This document shows, piece by piece, positions 1 to 9,724 of a DNA stretch of 64,000 bases (its first letter is position 1; the number at the start of each line of letters is the position of its first letter). The notes under the pieces were generated by a model that worked only from the letters and a program-made list of their open reading frames with translations, ran no database searches and was not told the DNA's origin. The stretch comes from a virus, in the IMG/VR virus record IMGVR_UViG_3300000117_000016, positions 15,779 through 79,778 of that record; one strand, written 5' to 3'. The position numbers and the translations under genes are program-made.

Positions 1-294
1 CTCACTAAGGTTGTTCCAAGAATGGTGGATACCTAGTCCTATCTTACTTTTTTCTTCTGCTGTTCTTTGCTTTCCTTTTGTGGGGTGTTTATGAGTACCT
101 TTCTTAAGAGCATTGCTTTGAGCCTGACTTTTATCTCTAATAGGTATTTTAAACTTATTGGCGTCTCTTCTTATTTTATTAGCATAAGTATTTAGCTGCT
201 TGGCTATAGCTGCAAAACTTAATTTTTCTTTTGTGTACAGTTTTTCAATAATATTTTTTTGTTCTGTCTCAGACAGTTTGCTGTATTTGGACAT
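1..294 (-). CDS. Partial ORF running off the window edge: HTH-like N-terminus plus NUMOD3-like motif, possibly a homing-endonuclease-type protein
   Basis: Not in the ORF track. Manual translation from ATG at 294: MSKYSKLSETEQKNIIEKLYTKEKLSFAAIAKQLNTYANKIRR...HPTKGKQRTAEEKSKIGLG. KGKxRTxEEKxKI resembles NUMOD3. Confidence 0.6.
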   Translation of the reverse strand, partial: MSKYSKLSETEQKNIIEKLYTKEKLSFAAIAKQLNTYANKIRRDANKFKIPIRDKSQAQSNALKKGTHKHPTKGKQRTAEEKSKIGLGIHHSWNNLSE

Positions 295-676
295 AGTCTG
301 CATATTCCTTTTGATTTAAAATGTCTGTTAATAACTTGATACTGTCTTCTGTTTTGGTTAAATTTACGAACGGTTCTATGCTATAGTGAGATACATTGTT
401 AGCATTATGTCTACATGGGATATCTATACTTATGAATTTATTAGAAGGAAATATATGGGCTATATCATATACAGTATTGTCAGATAGTACCAGCTCTTTT
501 GCAGAACACAGGTGCCATGCATGAAAACTAGGAATTTCTGGGTTTATAAGTATTGTATTGTTATCATAGAATATTTTGGGTTCTGATATTAAATTAGCAT
601 CAATTAATGCTGAGTACATACTAAAAACATTACATCTGTTATGCAATATTGCTGAATATAGTGACAGATTATACAT
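269..676 (-). CDS. Hypothetical protein
   Basis: 135-aa ORF overlapping both neighbours in the operon. Confidence 0.6.
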   Translation of the reverse strand: MYNLSLYSAILHNRCNVFSMYSALIDANLISEPKIFYDNNTILINPEIPSFHAWHLCSAKELVLSDNTVYDIAHIFPSNKFISIDIPCRHNANNVSHYSIEPFVNLTKTEDSIKLLTDILNQKEYADYVQIQQTV

Positions 677-1352
677 AGCTCTCCCTTTTTTTATTAATTT
701 GATGATAGTCTTTCATATTGTTGATTAATGAAATACTGCTGTTTATGTCTTGATAATAAAATGGCTCGTATTTTGACAATGTATTAATTGTTTCAAATAA
801 ATACTTAGATTGCCAGCTATCGTGCCATTGTTGCAAAAAGTATTCTATATGATTATTTTGCAAAATATATAAATTTGTAATTTTATTTGGCAAACCAAAG
901 AATATATAATTGATTTTGTCGCTATTAATAGTAGCTCCTAAGCTTGAATTAAACCTTTTATTAGAATTTATAACAACTACAGATTTTTTAATTCTATATT
1001 TTATCTTTGACCAAAATGATTTACCTATAATACAATTTGTATTAAAAACTATACATTTCGTATTGGTACAGAAGTCTAACCCTTGTTTTAAGCTTTGCGT
1101 TTCATTAGAGTAACTATATATTTCATGGTGTGTAAATTTCACTGTTTTGTATTTATCTAGAATTTTTTGCATTTTTTTATTTTCAAATCCACCAACAACT
1201 ATAATTTCTGCAGTAGGAAATACTGACATGATGTTGATAACATGCTTTTCTATTATGGTTTGTTTTTTATTGGCTGCTAGTAAACTAACGTTACCTATAG
1301 ATTTCATTCCTTTTGTAGGTAAAGAGCTTACTAGTATAAATGATAGGTTCAT
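669..1352 (-). CDS. Sugar-phosphate nucleotidyltransferase-like protein (LicC/MobA-like fold, degenerate)
   Basis: ILVSSLPTKGMKSIGNVSLL...IIEKHV...EIIVVGGF...NETQSL follows the NTP-transferase pattern but lacks LAAGxGxR. Confidence 0.55.
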   Translation of the reverse strand: MNLSFILVSSLPTKGMKSIGNVSLLAANKKQTIIEKHVINIMSVFPTAEIIVVGGFENKKMQKILDKYKTVKFTHHEIYSYSNETQSLKQGLDFCTNTKCIVFNTNCIIGKSFWSKIKYRIKKSVVVINSNKRFNSSLGATINSDKINYIFFGLPNKITNLYILQNNHIEYFLQQWHDSWQSKYLFETINTLSKYEPFYYQDINSSISLINNMKDYHQINKKRESYV

Positions 1353-1765
1353 GCTGATTTACTACATATAAAAAGGTATTCAAATACGTTTACATATTTT
1401 TGTGTCATTACAATATAGTTGTTATGTTCTAGTATGTCTTTAATATTCTTTGCAGTGTGTAAAAACAGTCTGTTTTTGTAAAGAATGAGCTGTGCTATTT
1501 CTATTTTAATTTTATCGAACGTCATTGCAATTGCCAGTTGTTTTAAATCAGGGGCTTGTATATGTAGCATTCCATTTGGTTTTAATTTATTAAAGATCAC
1601 CTGTAGCATTTCTGAATGCTGGTCTATAATAATAAAGTCTAAACAGTCATGTAAATAGATATTATCTATAGAATTTTCTTCTATTTCCCTTACGTCTTGA
1701 AAGTATATATTCTGAGCGTTAGGTACTTCTATATTGTCTTTATGATATATGCTTATATTATTCAT
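1349..1765 (-). CDS. Class I SAM methyltransferase-like protein (truncated/degenerate)
   Basis: NSIDNIYLHDCLDFI...KLKPNGMLHIQAPD matches Methyltransf_11 motifs; no motif I GxG. Confidence 0.55.
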   Translation of the reverse strand: MNNISIYHKDNIEVPNAQNIYFQDVREIEENSIDNIYLHDCLDFIIIDQHSEMLQVIFNKLKPNGMLHIQAPDLKQLAIAMTFDKIKIEIAQLILYKNRLFLHTAKNIKDILEHNNYIVMTQKYVNVFEYLFICSKSA

Positions 1766-2204
1766 ATTTATATATTAATTTCTTCGTTGTGTCTATAAAG
1801 TCTTGCCAAGTGTTTTTATCAGAATCTTCATTTAAAATTAACTCATGAATATCCCCCCAAGATTGTTTAATTTGTTTAGAAAATGCAATTTGTTTTACTA
1901 TAGGAATATTGCTGATCTTTTCTTGAAATTTATTTGAATCTATCATATCAGATTTTGGCTCGTGATCAATCAATATTAATGGACATTGATGATATTTTGT
2001 AAGTTTAATAATTTTTTCTAAGTGTTTAGTCTTGTCGTTTGATATAATTAACTCTGGAGTAAAACTGCCCAAGTATATTTGATCTAAAGCAAATAGGCGC
2101 ACCCTTAGTGTTTTAAAAAACTCCTCAAACTCTCTGTTATCACTAGGTATCCATAGTATATTATTTATAGTATTTGTTTCTCTAGCCAGTAAACTAGAAA
2201 TCAT
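1758..2204 (-). CDS. Hypothetical protein (possible GT-B N-terminal-like domain)
   Basis: 148-aa ORF with a Rossmann-like pattern, inside a GT cluster. Confidence 0.5.
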   Translation of the reverse strand: MISSLLARETNTINNILWIPSDNREFEEFFKTLRVRLFALDQIYLGSFTPELIISNDKTKHLEKIIKLTKYHQCPLILIDHEPKSDMIDSNKFQEKISNIPIVKQIAFSKQIKQSWGDIHELILNEDSDKNTWQDFIDTTKKLIYKYE

Positions 2205-3265
2205 AATATATACCTGCTAAAATTCGTGTGGTCAAAAATACCTACATCTATCTTGCTTATTTTTTTTTGTTTTTCTGATGCAGATAGTGACAATGCTTTT
2301 CTCATTTGTGACTTAATAGATTGTATGTTTGGATTATTCCAAGTCTCATATATATTCGATATGTTGTGTGTAGAATATTTACATGCAGATAATATATTCT
2401 CTGTATTGCTATCTATTAGAAAACCGCTGTCTTTTGTTACATAAGAAGAGTTTGCTGTTCCATTTGTAACTATACATAGCTTTTTGTGTATCAGAGCTTC
2501 TATGCACGAAGCTGTGGTATACGAACCTTTTGAAACATCTATATAACAATCACAATTATTTAATAGTTCATGCATTTTATGTTCTTCTAAATCTCCCACA
2601 ACAACTATAGGTTCGTTGACAGTCTCACTGTTTTTCTTGGTTATGCGATAAGCGCTATTCATTAAATTTTTAATTTCTGTCTCATCATGTCCGTTTGTTT
2701 TTATTATCAGTCTAGTATTATCTTCTTTGTCAAATTCTGTCATGTATGCCACTAGAAGAGATATTAGACTGTCTTTATCATCACTAGATGACATTGTGTA
2801 AAAGTTAAATTCTCTATCTGTGTCTAATTTATTTTTGGTTTTTACATTTATATCAAAAGGTTCAGGCAACACTTTGACTGTTTTAATTACTCCAGACTCT
2901 CTCAATGATTTCTCTGCAAAATAAGAATTTACCCATACTTCGTCCATCATATTTATTTTTTCTATCCAGCCTGTATGATTTAAATTTCTGGATATTATTT
3001 TTGGAACACATATGTTGACGCCAAATCTAGCGTTGTATTCATAGTAATCAGGTAGAGTGTCTTGTATTACTGCGTCGTAGTAATCGCTTTTATTAAGCTC
3101 ATCTTCTAATGTTTTACCTTGTATATTAAAGGTTTTTGTTTGTAAGTATAAAGGTCTAACAGATAGTTTTATATTTTTTATATGTTGTAGTGCTGAGATA
3201 TATCTTCTAGAAGAGTATCCTAAAGCAGAATCCTCCCTATAATGACCTAGATATAAAATATTCAC
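2201..3265 (-). CDS. Glycosyltransferase family 4-like (GT-B)
   Basis: DEVWVNS, LIIKT, CDCYIDVSKG...IEAL...IVT; related to 52030..53103. Confidence 0.75.
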   Translation of the reverse strand: MNILYLGHYREDSALGYSSRRYISALQHIKNIKLSVRPLYLQTKTFNIQGKTLEDELNKSDYYDAVIQDTLPDYYEYNARFGVNICVPKIISRNLNHTGWIEKINMMDEVWVNSYFAEKSLRESGVIKTVKVLPEPFDINVKTKNKLDTDREFNFYTMSSSDDKDSLISLLVAYMTEFDKEDNTRLIIKTNGHDETEIKNLMNSAYRITKKNSETVNEPIVVVGDLEEHKMHELLNNCDCYIDVSKGSYTTASCIEALIHKKLCIVTNGTANSSYVTKDSGFLIDSNTENILSACKYSTHNISNIYETWNNPNIQSIKSQMRKALSLSASEKQKKISKIDVGIFDHTNFSRYIL

Positions 3266-4896
3266 GAGTAATTTACTATATAATTAAGAGATTCTGGAAG
3301 TGGTGTCCTGCCAGATCTGACTGATTCCCACAAAGTTTGATTATTCATATTGTCTTCTAAAATTTTCATGGCTTGCTGGAAATCAAATGGAGCAAGTTTT
3401 GTTCCGTCCTGCTGATATCCTAAATCTAAATTCCTAATTAATTGTTGAATAGCAGCAGTACTAATCATGTATGGGTTTTTAATTATATTTTTTACTATAA
3501 ATTGTACTACCCTTCTATTGCTTCCTAAAGGAGGCACCTTGATGTCAGGTCTAGGTACTATTTCTGCTGTTTCCCATTTGCCTTGTAATCCTGTAAGTTT
3601 TATATTATCAAAAATATCTTCAAAAGTTTTTGCTGTTTTGTCCCAGTCATATTTTTTGATGCTTTTTTCTCTAACGGATTCCGCTAGTTTCATGCGATTG
3701 ATGAAACTCATCTTACTTATTTCTTTGTATTTATCTATTAAAATATCACAACACTTTTTATCATCAGGATAAACTCTATCTGCACCTGTTTCTAATTCTC
3801 TAAAGCTACAGCTCAAAGGGACAATATCTGCACCTATGCCTCTACCTATTTCTGCCATAGCTCCATGGTCTATAGTAACTACAGGAACTCCACACGCAGC
3901 TGCTTCTACAGGAGGAATGCCAAACCCTTCGCAGATAGCGTATTGTATATACACATCAAAAGCATTAAATATATTAGCAAGCTCTGGTTCTGACAGTCCG
4001 TTCGCAACGCTACAGAATCCTGCTGAATTTTTTTTGCAATGTGGGCATGCAACTGGTGGTTCAGCATATGTTCCAGAAAAGTACTTGCCACAATTTGCAC
4101 ATTTGTAAGAAAAGTATACTAGATTTTCGGCATCATGTTCAATAAGTAAAGATGGTAGATCCCAACCGTTCATATCAGGATAACTGGTGTGTAAATAAAG
4201 TTTAGCGTTAGGTACAGTCTTAGCAACATTTTTAATAATTTTAATTAGATTGGGTATCAGTTTGCGTTTTTGATTACGCATTACAGAACCTATGATAAAA
4301 TCATTAGGGTTAAGTCCCAATTGTGATTTAATTGTATCTTTAGGCTGACTGCTCACTCTAAATATATCGGTGTTTACTGCATCATTTACTGGTTCTACTA
4401 AATTCATAGGGATCTTGGTAGATTTTAAATATTCTACACCCCATTGGGTGTGTCCAGAAACAGTGTCGGCATTAGAAAAAGTTTGCAGCCATTCTTTTTT
4501 TTGTGGATCAGAGTCTATTGTTGGAGCTATCATCCAATGAAAAAAGGGTCTATATGGAGAATTTTCTGGAAAATTTAACATCCAATAATCTCTTACATCA
4601 AAAACAATATCTGGCTTGAAGTCTTGTACTGCAGTTTCAAAAGCCCAAGCGCCAAATGCATGTTGTGGTTTACTAGAGTATGTCTGAAGCAATTCTTTAT
4701 CGCTTTGGGGTGGCACAACAGGATATGTTTTCCATGGAAACTTATTTTTCATCTCAGGGCTTCTATACGCAGACAGTTCAGCAATTTCGTACTTACCTGT
4801 TGCGTATAGTCTAGAAAGAATATTTCTAGTATAATTACCAAAACCTGAGTCAACATGACTAGATTCTGCACACATAAATATTCTTTTTTTGCCCAT
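3262..4896 (-). CDS. Glycosyltransferase family 4 with Zn-ribbon insertion
   Basis: SGFG N-terminal loop, RNQKRK, FDVY...CEGFGIPPVEAAACGVP (EX7E); CANC...CPHC insertion. Confidence 0.85.
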   Translation of the reverse strand: MGKKRIFMCAESSHVDSGFGNYTRNILSRLYATGKYEIAELSAYRSPEMKNKFPWKTYPVVPPQSDKELLQTYSSKPQHAFGAWAFETAVQDFKPDIVFDVRDYWMLNFPENSPYRPFFHWMIAPTIDSDPQKKEWLQTFSNADTVSGHTQWGVEYLKSTKIPMNLVEPVNDAVNTDIFRVSSQPKDTIKSQLGLNPNDFIIGSVMRNQKRKLIPNLIKIIKNVAKTVPNAKLYLHTSYPDMNGWDLPSLLIEHDAENLVYFSYKCANCGKYFSGTYAEPPVACPHCKKNSAGFCSVANGLSEPELANIFNAFDVYIQYAICEGFGIPPVEAAACGVPVVTIDHGAMAEIGRGIGADIVPLSCSFRELETGADRVYPDDKKCCDILIDKYKEISKMSFINRMKLAESVREKSIKKYDWDKTAKTFEDIFDNIKLTGLQGKWETAEIVPRPDIKVPPLGSNRRVVQFIVKNIIKNPYMISTAAIQQLIRNLDLGYQQDGTKLAPFDFQQAMKILEDNMNNQTLWESVRSGRTPLPESLNYIVNYS

Positions 4897-4924
4897 GATG
4901 ATTCCTGATGAGGTTACTTAAAAA

Positions 4925-5314
4925 TTAAAATGCCAGAGACTCTTTGTCAGCTTGACTCTTTTTGCTAGGACTTCTAGTGATCTTAGCAAAATTACTGACA
5001 CGAATCTTCATAGTAGATTGCTTGATCTTTTCTCCAGACTCTAGTTCTTTTTCCCAGCTGTCTTTCCTTAAAGATCCCTCAAGCATGACCAGATCTCCTT
5101 TACGGAACGATGATCCGATATTTTCTGCGCCAGTATCCCACGCTTCGCAAGGAACAAATGTTGTGACCTGATCGGTCTTACCGTCAGCCTTGGTATATTC
5201 CCTAGACACTGCTACGGTAAAATTCACTACAGATGTAGACTTGCCGTTAGAAGTGTTAATATTACGCAATTCTGGATCTCTAGCTAAATTTCCCTTCAAT
5301 AAAACTAAATTCAT
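4925..5314 (-). CDS. ssb: Single-stranded DNA-binding protein
   Basis: MNLVLLKGNLARDPELR...FTVAV...KGDLVMLEGSL; C-terminal aromatic residue; AGGAG RBS. Confidence 0.95.
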   Translation of the reverse strand: MNLVLLKGNLARDPELRNINTSNGKSTSVVNFTVAVSREYTKADGKTDQVTTFVPCEAWDTGAENIGSSFRKGDLVMLEGSLRKDSWEKELESGEKIKQSTMKIRVSNFAKITRSPSKKSQADKESLAF

Positions 5315-5354
5315 AGTTTCTCCTTTTTCAAAAAATAAAGTAACACAATAAGCT

Positions 5355-5382
5355 ATTATATCAAACGTAGATATAATGTCAA
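5355..5382 (-). promoter_or_regulatory. Sigma70-type promoter for ssb and the downstream GT cluster
   Basis: Minus strand TTGACA (5382-5377), 16-nt spacer, extended TGn-TATAAT (5360-5355), in an intergenic gap. Confidence 0.85.
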
Positions 5383-5383
5383 G

Positions 5384-6961
5384 CTATACCTGCCATACCT
5401 TTTTTATTATCATTCCGTCTTTCTTTTTAGACTGTTCTAGCTTCATCACAGTCGTATTGTCAATAGACAGAAGGTTTTTAAAGGTTTTGAATTCTTCTGG
5501 GAAAATCACAGCATCCAAAGAACCTGTGCTATCTGTAACTTTTACAAATGCCATTTCTTGTCCTGGATTTGCTCCTCTTTTTGTTTTAATAATATTAACG
5601 TCTTTTATTTCTATACCAATCATTATATTGTTAGATGATATTTTTGATTCTTTGAGTGTTCTACAGTCCGTATTAACAAAATTTAGATCACATTCGTCAA
5701 TCTTAGAGCAAGATACGGCGATTCCAAGCAGTTGATTTTCTGTATCTGCTATCCAGGGTATAGTATCCGACAGACTATATGCTGGGTTTTTAACGGAACT
5801 CAATATTGACTCTACTGTTTTTTTTCTTCTGGCATTCACTTTGGTAAGAACACCCTCAATACATTCAGTGATGTTTTTGTATCCTGCTATATTAGTGATT
5901 ACAAACTCTTTTTCTTTTTTTGTTAAGTTTGTTATTGCGTCGAAATCGAACAACATTCGTTTTCTGTCTACTTTAAAATAGTCAAAACATCCAACAGATA
6001 TCATATTCTTAGATGCTGTTTTGTTAATATTGTCTAATACAATAAACAATATTTGTAGATAAGAAGCTTTTTCAATGTCTATTTTTATTGTATCTAGTTT
6101 CTTAAATACTGAAGCACCAACTCCTTTAATATTGGTTAGTCCAAAATAAATACATTTGTCTTTTAGTACGAAGTCTTTATTTAATAATTTAAAGTTGGGA
6201 TTACAAACGTCAATAGCCATTTCTCTACAATTGCTTACTAATTCATATATTTCTTTTAGGGGATCTATTTTGTCTTTGGCAAACTTTAAATAAGATACAA
6301 AAAATCTAGAAGGGAAATGGGCCTTAACATAGGCAGATAGGTATGCGTTCATGGCATAACTAACGGCATGACTTTTATTAAAACTATATCTTTGGCTTTT
6401 TTCGATCCATCCAAAGATTTCTTCAGCTTCCTCTTCATTAACAACATTTGCTTCTTTAGCCCCATTAATAAACTGCCTCTTAACTTGAGCCATCAAGTCA
6501 GCTTTTTTCTTACCAATAGCTTTGCGAAGAACATCAGCATCCTGCAAATTAAAGCCCGCTATTTTTTGAGCGATTTGCATAGCTTGTTCTTGATAAATCA
6601 TTTCTCCATATGTAGATGACAGTATATCTTTTAAGCTGTCGTGATAATGGTCTACAGTTTCTAGACCATTCTTTTTATCTATATAATGATTAGAAACATT
6701 TTTGCCGTCTCGATAAGCCTCTAAACATCCTGGACGCAGGATAGAGATGAGAGCAGAAAGCTGTTCTATATTTTGTGGTTTAAGTTTTTTAGACATGGTC
6801 TGACCAAGTCTAGACTCTAGCTGAAAGCAACCTTTTGTGTTGCCTTCTCCAATTAAATGCCAAGTGGTTTTACAATCTAGGTTTAAATTTTCAAGAGTAA
6901 GGTCTAAATCTACCTTACCTTTGTGTTTTTTAAACTTACAATCACATCGTCTTTTATTCAT
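5384..6961 (-). CDS. dnaE: DNA polymerase III alpha subunit, C-terminal half (fingers, HhH, OB)
   Basis: GCFQLES, LRPG, TYGEMIYQEQ, LRKAIGKK, YSFNKSHAVSYA, FGLTNIKGVG, MAFVKVTDSTG; probable start MNKRR at 6961 overlaps the upstream stop. Confidence 0.93.
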   Translation of the reverse strand: MNKRRCDCKFKKHKGKVDLDLTLENLNLDCKTTWHLIGEGNTKGCFQLESRLGQTMSKKLKPQNIEQLSALISILRPGCLEAYRDGKNVSNHYIDKKNGLETVDHYHDSLKDILSSTYGEMIYQEQAMQIAQKIAGFNLQDADVLRKAIGKKKADLMAQVKRQFINGAKEANVVNEEEAEEIFGWIEKSQRYSFNKSHAVSYAMNAYLSAYVKAHFPSRFFVSYLKFAKDKIDPLKEIYELVSNCREMAIDVCNPNFKLLNKDFVLKDKCIYFGLTNIKGVGASVFKKLDTIKIDIEKASYLQILFIVLDNINKTASKNMISVGCFDYFKVDRKRMLFDFDAITNLTKKEKEFVITNIAGYKNITECIEGVLTKVNARRKKTVESILSSVKNPAYSLSDTIPWIADTENQLLGIAVSCSKIDECDLNFVNTDCRTLKESKISSNNIMIGIEIKDVNIIKTKRGANPGQEMAFVKVTDSTGSLDAVIFPEEFKTFKNLLSIDNTTVMKLEQSKKKDGMIIKKVWQV

Positions 6962-7697
6962 CTTTAAAACAATTCTTAAACTGTATCCTTTGTGCAAGGT
7001 TCTTGTGTAATTTCAAAAATCTTATTAGTATATTGGCGCAATCTGTAACGTCTTTGAATGCGTCGTGAGCATTAGAGGAATCTATTCCCATGTAAGTTCT
7101 AATAGAATCTAATGAAATGGATTTAATTTCTGGCACGTACATCAGCCATAATCCTATAACATACATTAGGTCAATTCTATCTCTAGGATGAAATATAGAC
7201 GAGCTTTTTTCTTTTGCATCAAAGTTGTCATACGTTTCACTCAACCTATCTACAATCTTCATATCAAATTTATTAATATTATATCCACAGGCTATAGGGG
7301 CAGTGAATTTACTTTTTTTACTTTTGCCAGATCCTACTAAGTGATAATTGTCTAGATATCCTACAAATTGTTGCCAAGAATGTTTCTGTTCTGGATATTC
7401 CAGCCACTCACTAAGGATTTGACTTTTGTCAACACCCTTAACCTTGCCATGCCAATCTAAGATATCAGAATCGGTATACGGATGATTATCTATTGTGACA
7501 GCCTTGGACTTCTCTTGTAATTCAAAATTAGCTAATTTAATAGGCTTAAGATTTATATTAAATTCAGAGTCCTTAACTATCTCTAACCTGTAGGGGTCAA
7601 CCATAACGGCAGCAAGTTGAACAGGACTGCATTCATTAGGATTGGCCCCATCGGTTTCAAAATCAAATACACATATCTTATTCTTGTTTATGTTCAT
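6954..7697 (-). CDS. DEDDh 3'-5' exonuclease (DnaQ/epsilon-like)
   Basis: VFDFETDG, GYNINKFD, AHDAFKD motifs. Confidence 0.9.
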   Translation of the reverse strand: MNINKNKICVFDFETDGANPNECSPVQLAAVMVDPYRLEIVKDSEFNINLKPIKLANFELQEKSKAVTIDNHPYTDSDILDWHGKVKGVDKSQILSEWLEYPEQKHSWQQFVGYLDNYHLVGSGKSKKSKFTAPIACGYNINKFDMKIVDRLSETYDNFDAKEKSSSIFHPRDRIDLMYVIGLWLMYVPEIKSISLDSIRTYMGIDSSNAHDAFKDVTDCANILIRFLKLHKNLAQRIQFKNCFKDE

Positions 7698-7872
7698 CTT
7701 CTATAGTTTCTACTTCCTTATTTCCGTCGATAATTAAATCCTTGTCACCATCAATAATTGCTGCATTTCTTTTTAGCTTACAGCAACTAATCTTTTGAGG
7801 CTGAACTTTTACACACTCTTTACCATCATGCAAGAACTTAGTACCAATACTCAATCTACCGAACTTAGTCAT
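7678..7872 (-). CDS. Small hypothetical protein between the DnaE halves
   Basis: ATG at 7872 just after the dnaE-N stop, preceded by AAGGAG; MTKFGRLSIGTKF...ISCCK. Confidence 0.7.
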   Translation of the reverse strand: MTKFGRLSIGTKFLHDGKECVKVQPQKISCCKLKRNAAIIDGDKDLIIDGNKEVETIEDEHKQE

Positions 7873-7873
7873 A

Positions 7874-9724
7874 TTATACTCCTTGTAATAGTGATTGTAC
7901 ACTCATCATTTTATCTAACAGGCCGATACCTAGTATATCAAACTTTACTACACCAATTGATTCTAAGTCATTCATCTCTAATCCTGCAATATTTTTTTTG
8001 GTTTTAGCGTCGTAGATCATTGGGCAGATTGAGGATAGACTGCTTTGTGATATCGCTATACCTGCTGCATGTTTTGACTGATTGCATTTAGTTCCTTCTA
8101 ATCTAATAGCTTGCTCAAATCTTTTTGCAAGTGGGCCGACTAATTTATCGTCTTTTAAATGACACCAATCTTTAAGTGGCTTTGGGTTGTTTTCTAAAGC
8201 CCACTTAATTATAGAGGCATCTTTCATTTCTTGTAATTCGTCTGCAATCTTAGCTTCATCTGGTATATGTTTTGTGATTTGATTCATTTCTTCAAAAGAA
8301 ATATTACTATAAACTCTCAATACTTCCTTTAGTGAACCTCTACCTTTTAGGGTATTATATGTAATCATTTGAGAGACTTTGTCTTGACCATATGTGTCTT
8401 TAATGTAATCAATAATATTTTCTCTTTGATCCATAGGTACGTCTACATCAATATCTGGCATCGACACTCTACCTCCTGTATTTCTACCAGCATTGTAAAA
8501 TCTTTCAAAAATTAAGTCATACTTGATAGGGTCTATGGCAGTAATTCCAATAAGATAGGAAACAAGGCATCCCGCAGCACTACCTCTTCCTGGTCCAGGT
8601 AGCCATTTCTGCCTACGGACATGATTGACAATGTCTTGTACAATTAAGAAGTAGCTAGACAAATCTGCTCCTTGTAGTACGTCTAACTCGTACTTAATCC
8701 TATCCACATATTGAGAATGTAATTCTTTGTCTACATCATTGGCGATCTTGTCTCTCCACCCATCTCTACAAAGCTGTCTCAAATATTCAGCTGGATCGTA
8801 TCCTTCTGGACATTTAAAGTCTGGAAGATTTGGTGTTTCTAAAATATCATAATCTTCACACAAATTGTCTACTAAATTAGTATTATCTATTTCGTCTTCT
8901 GTATTTACTTCATTGATTTCTTCATGAGATAAGAGATGATAACTATCGGACTTAAAGAAAGAATCTAATCCAAAATTTTCTCCGCTAGATAGTTTGCTGG
9001 CAACTTGTGGCAAAGTCATTTTAAGATTACTACATAATAAAATTCTTTGATCTACAGCATCGTATCGTTCACAATAATGAGAGTCTATACTAGATATTTT
9101 CGGTATCTTATTTAAGCTACAAATATCCCTTAATTTATTGCCGATAATTTGTTGGTATTCATTCTCTTGATCCATTAGTTGTACTTCGACAAAGAAGTTA
9201 TCTTTACCAAAAATTTCAGATAGCTCACCTATCTCTTTCTCTATTTGTGAATCTGAAATAAACTGGCCTTCTTTATGTATTTTATTAGCTAAGTAAGAAC
9301 CAGGATGTCCACTCATACCAATGATATTACCTTGGGATAGCTTATCTTTCAATTTTTCTATATCCAATCTAGGCTTGTAATAATAATTATCTGGCTTATT
9401 AGATTCTGACACTATCTCAATTAGGTTTTTCCACCCTTTAAGGTTTTTAGATAACAGAAGCATGTGTGATAGTTTTCTGTTCTCTTTAGACTGTATATTA
9501 CTGTCCTGATCTGATATATATAATTCAACACCAAGTATAGGCTTGATATTATTGTGTTTCATGGTTTGAAAAAAATTAATACAACCAGAAATTGATCCAT
9601 GATCAGTAATGGCACAGCTAGACATATTAAGCTTATGACATCTTGAAGCTACATCTTCTGGTTTAGAAAGACCATCCAATAAAGAGTAGTGTGTATGCAA
9701 ATGCAAAGGCGTATAGTTTTTCAT
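7874..9724 (-). CDS. dnaE: DNA polymerase III alpha subunit, N-terminal half (PHP, palm, thumb)
   Basis: HLHTHYSLLDG, AITDHG, GPGRGSAAG, MPDIDVD, HAAG, VKFDILG. Confidence 0.95.
   Translation of the reverse strand: MKNYTPLHLHTHYSLLDGLSKPEDVASRCHKLNMSSCAITDHGSISGCINFFQTMKHNNIKPILGVELYISDQDSNIQSKENRKLSHMLLLSKNLKGWKNLIEIVSESNKPDNYYYKPRLDIEKLKDKLSQGNIIGMSGHPGSYLANKIHKEGQFISDSQIEKEIGELSEIFGKDNFFVEVQLMDQENEYQQIIGNKLRDICSLNKIPKISSIDSHYCERYDAVDQRILLCSNLKMTLPQVASKLSSGENFGLDSFFKSDSYHLLSHEEINEVNTEDEIDNTNLVDNLCEDYDILETPNLPDFKCPEGYDPAEYLRQLCRDGWRDKIANDVDKELHSQYVDRIKYELDVLQGADLSSYFLIVQDIVNHVRRQKWLPGPGRGSAAGCLVSYLIGITAIDPIKYDLIFERFYNAGRNTGGRVSMPDIDVDVPMDQRENIIDYIKDTYGQDKVSQMITYNTLKGRGSLKEVLRVYSNISFEEMNQITKHIPDEAKIADELQEMKDASIIKWALENNPKPLKDWCHLKDDKLVGPLAKRFEQAIRLEGTKCNQSKHAAGIAISQSSLSSICPMIYDAKTKKNIAGLEMNDLESIGVVKFDILGIGLLDKMMSVQSLLQGV

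Noticed and set aside
6954-7902. Split intein, intron or frameshift joining the DnaE halves
   Set aside because: No intein terminal motifs; the intervening DNA is fully occupied by two coupled ORFs; no convincing slippery site in the required frame
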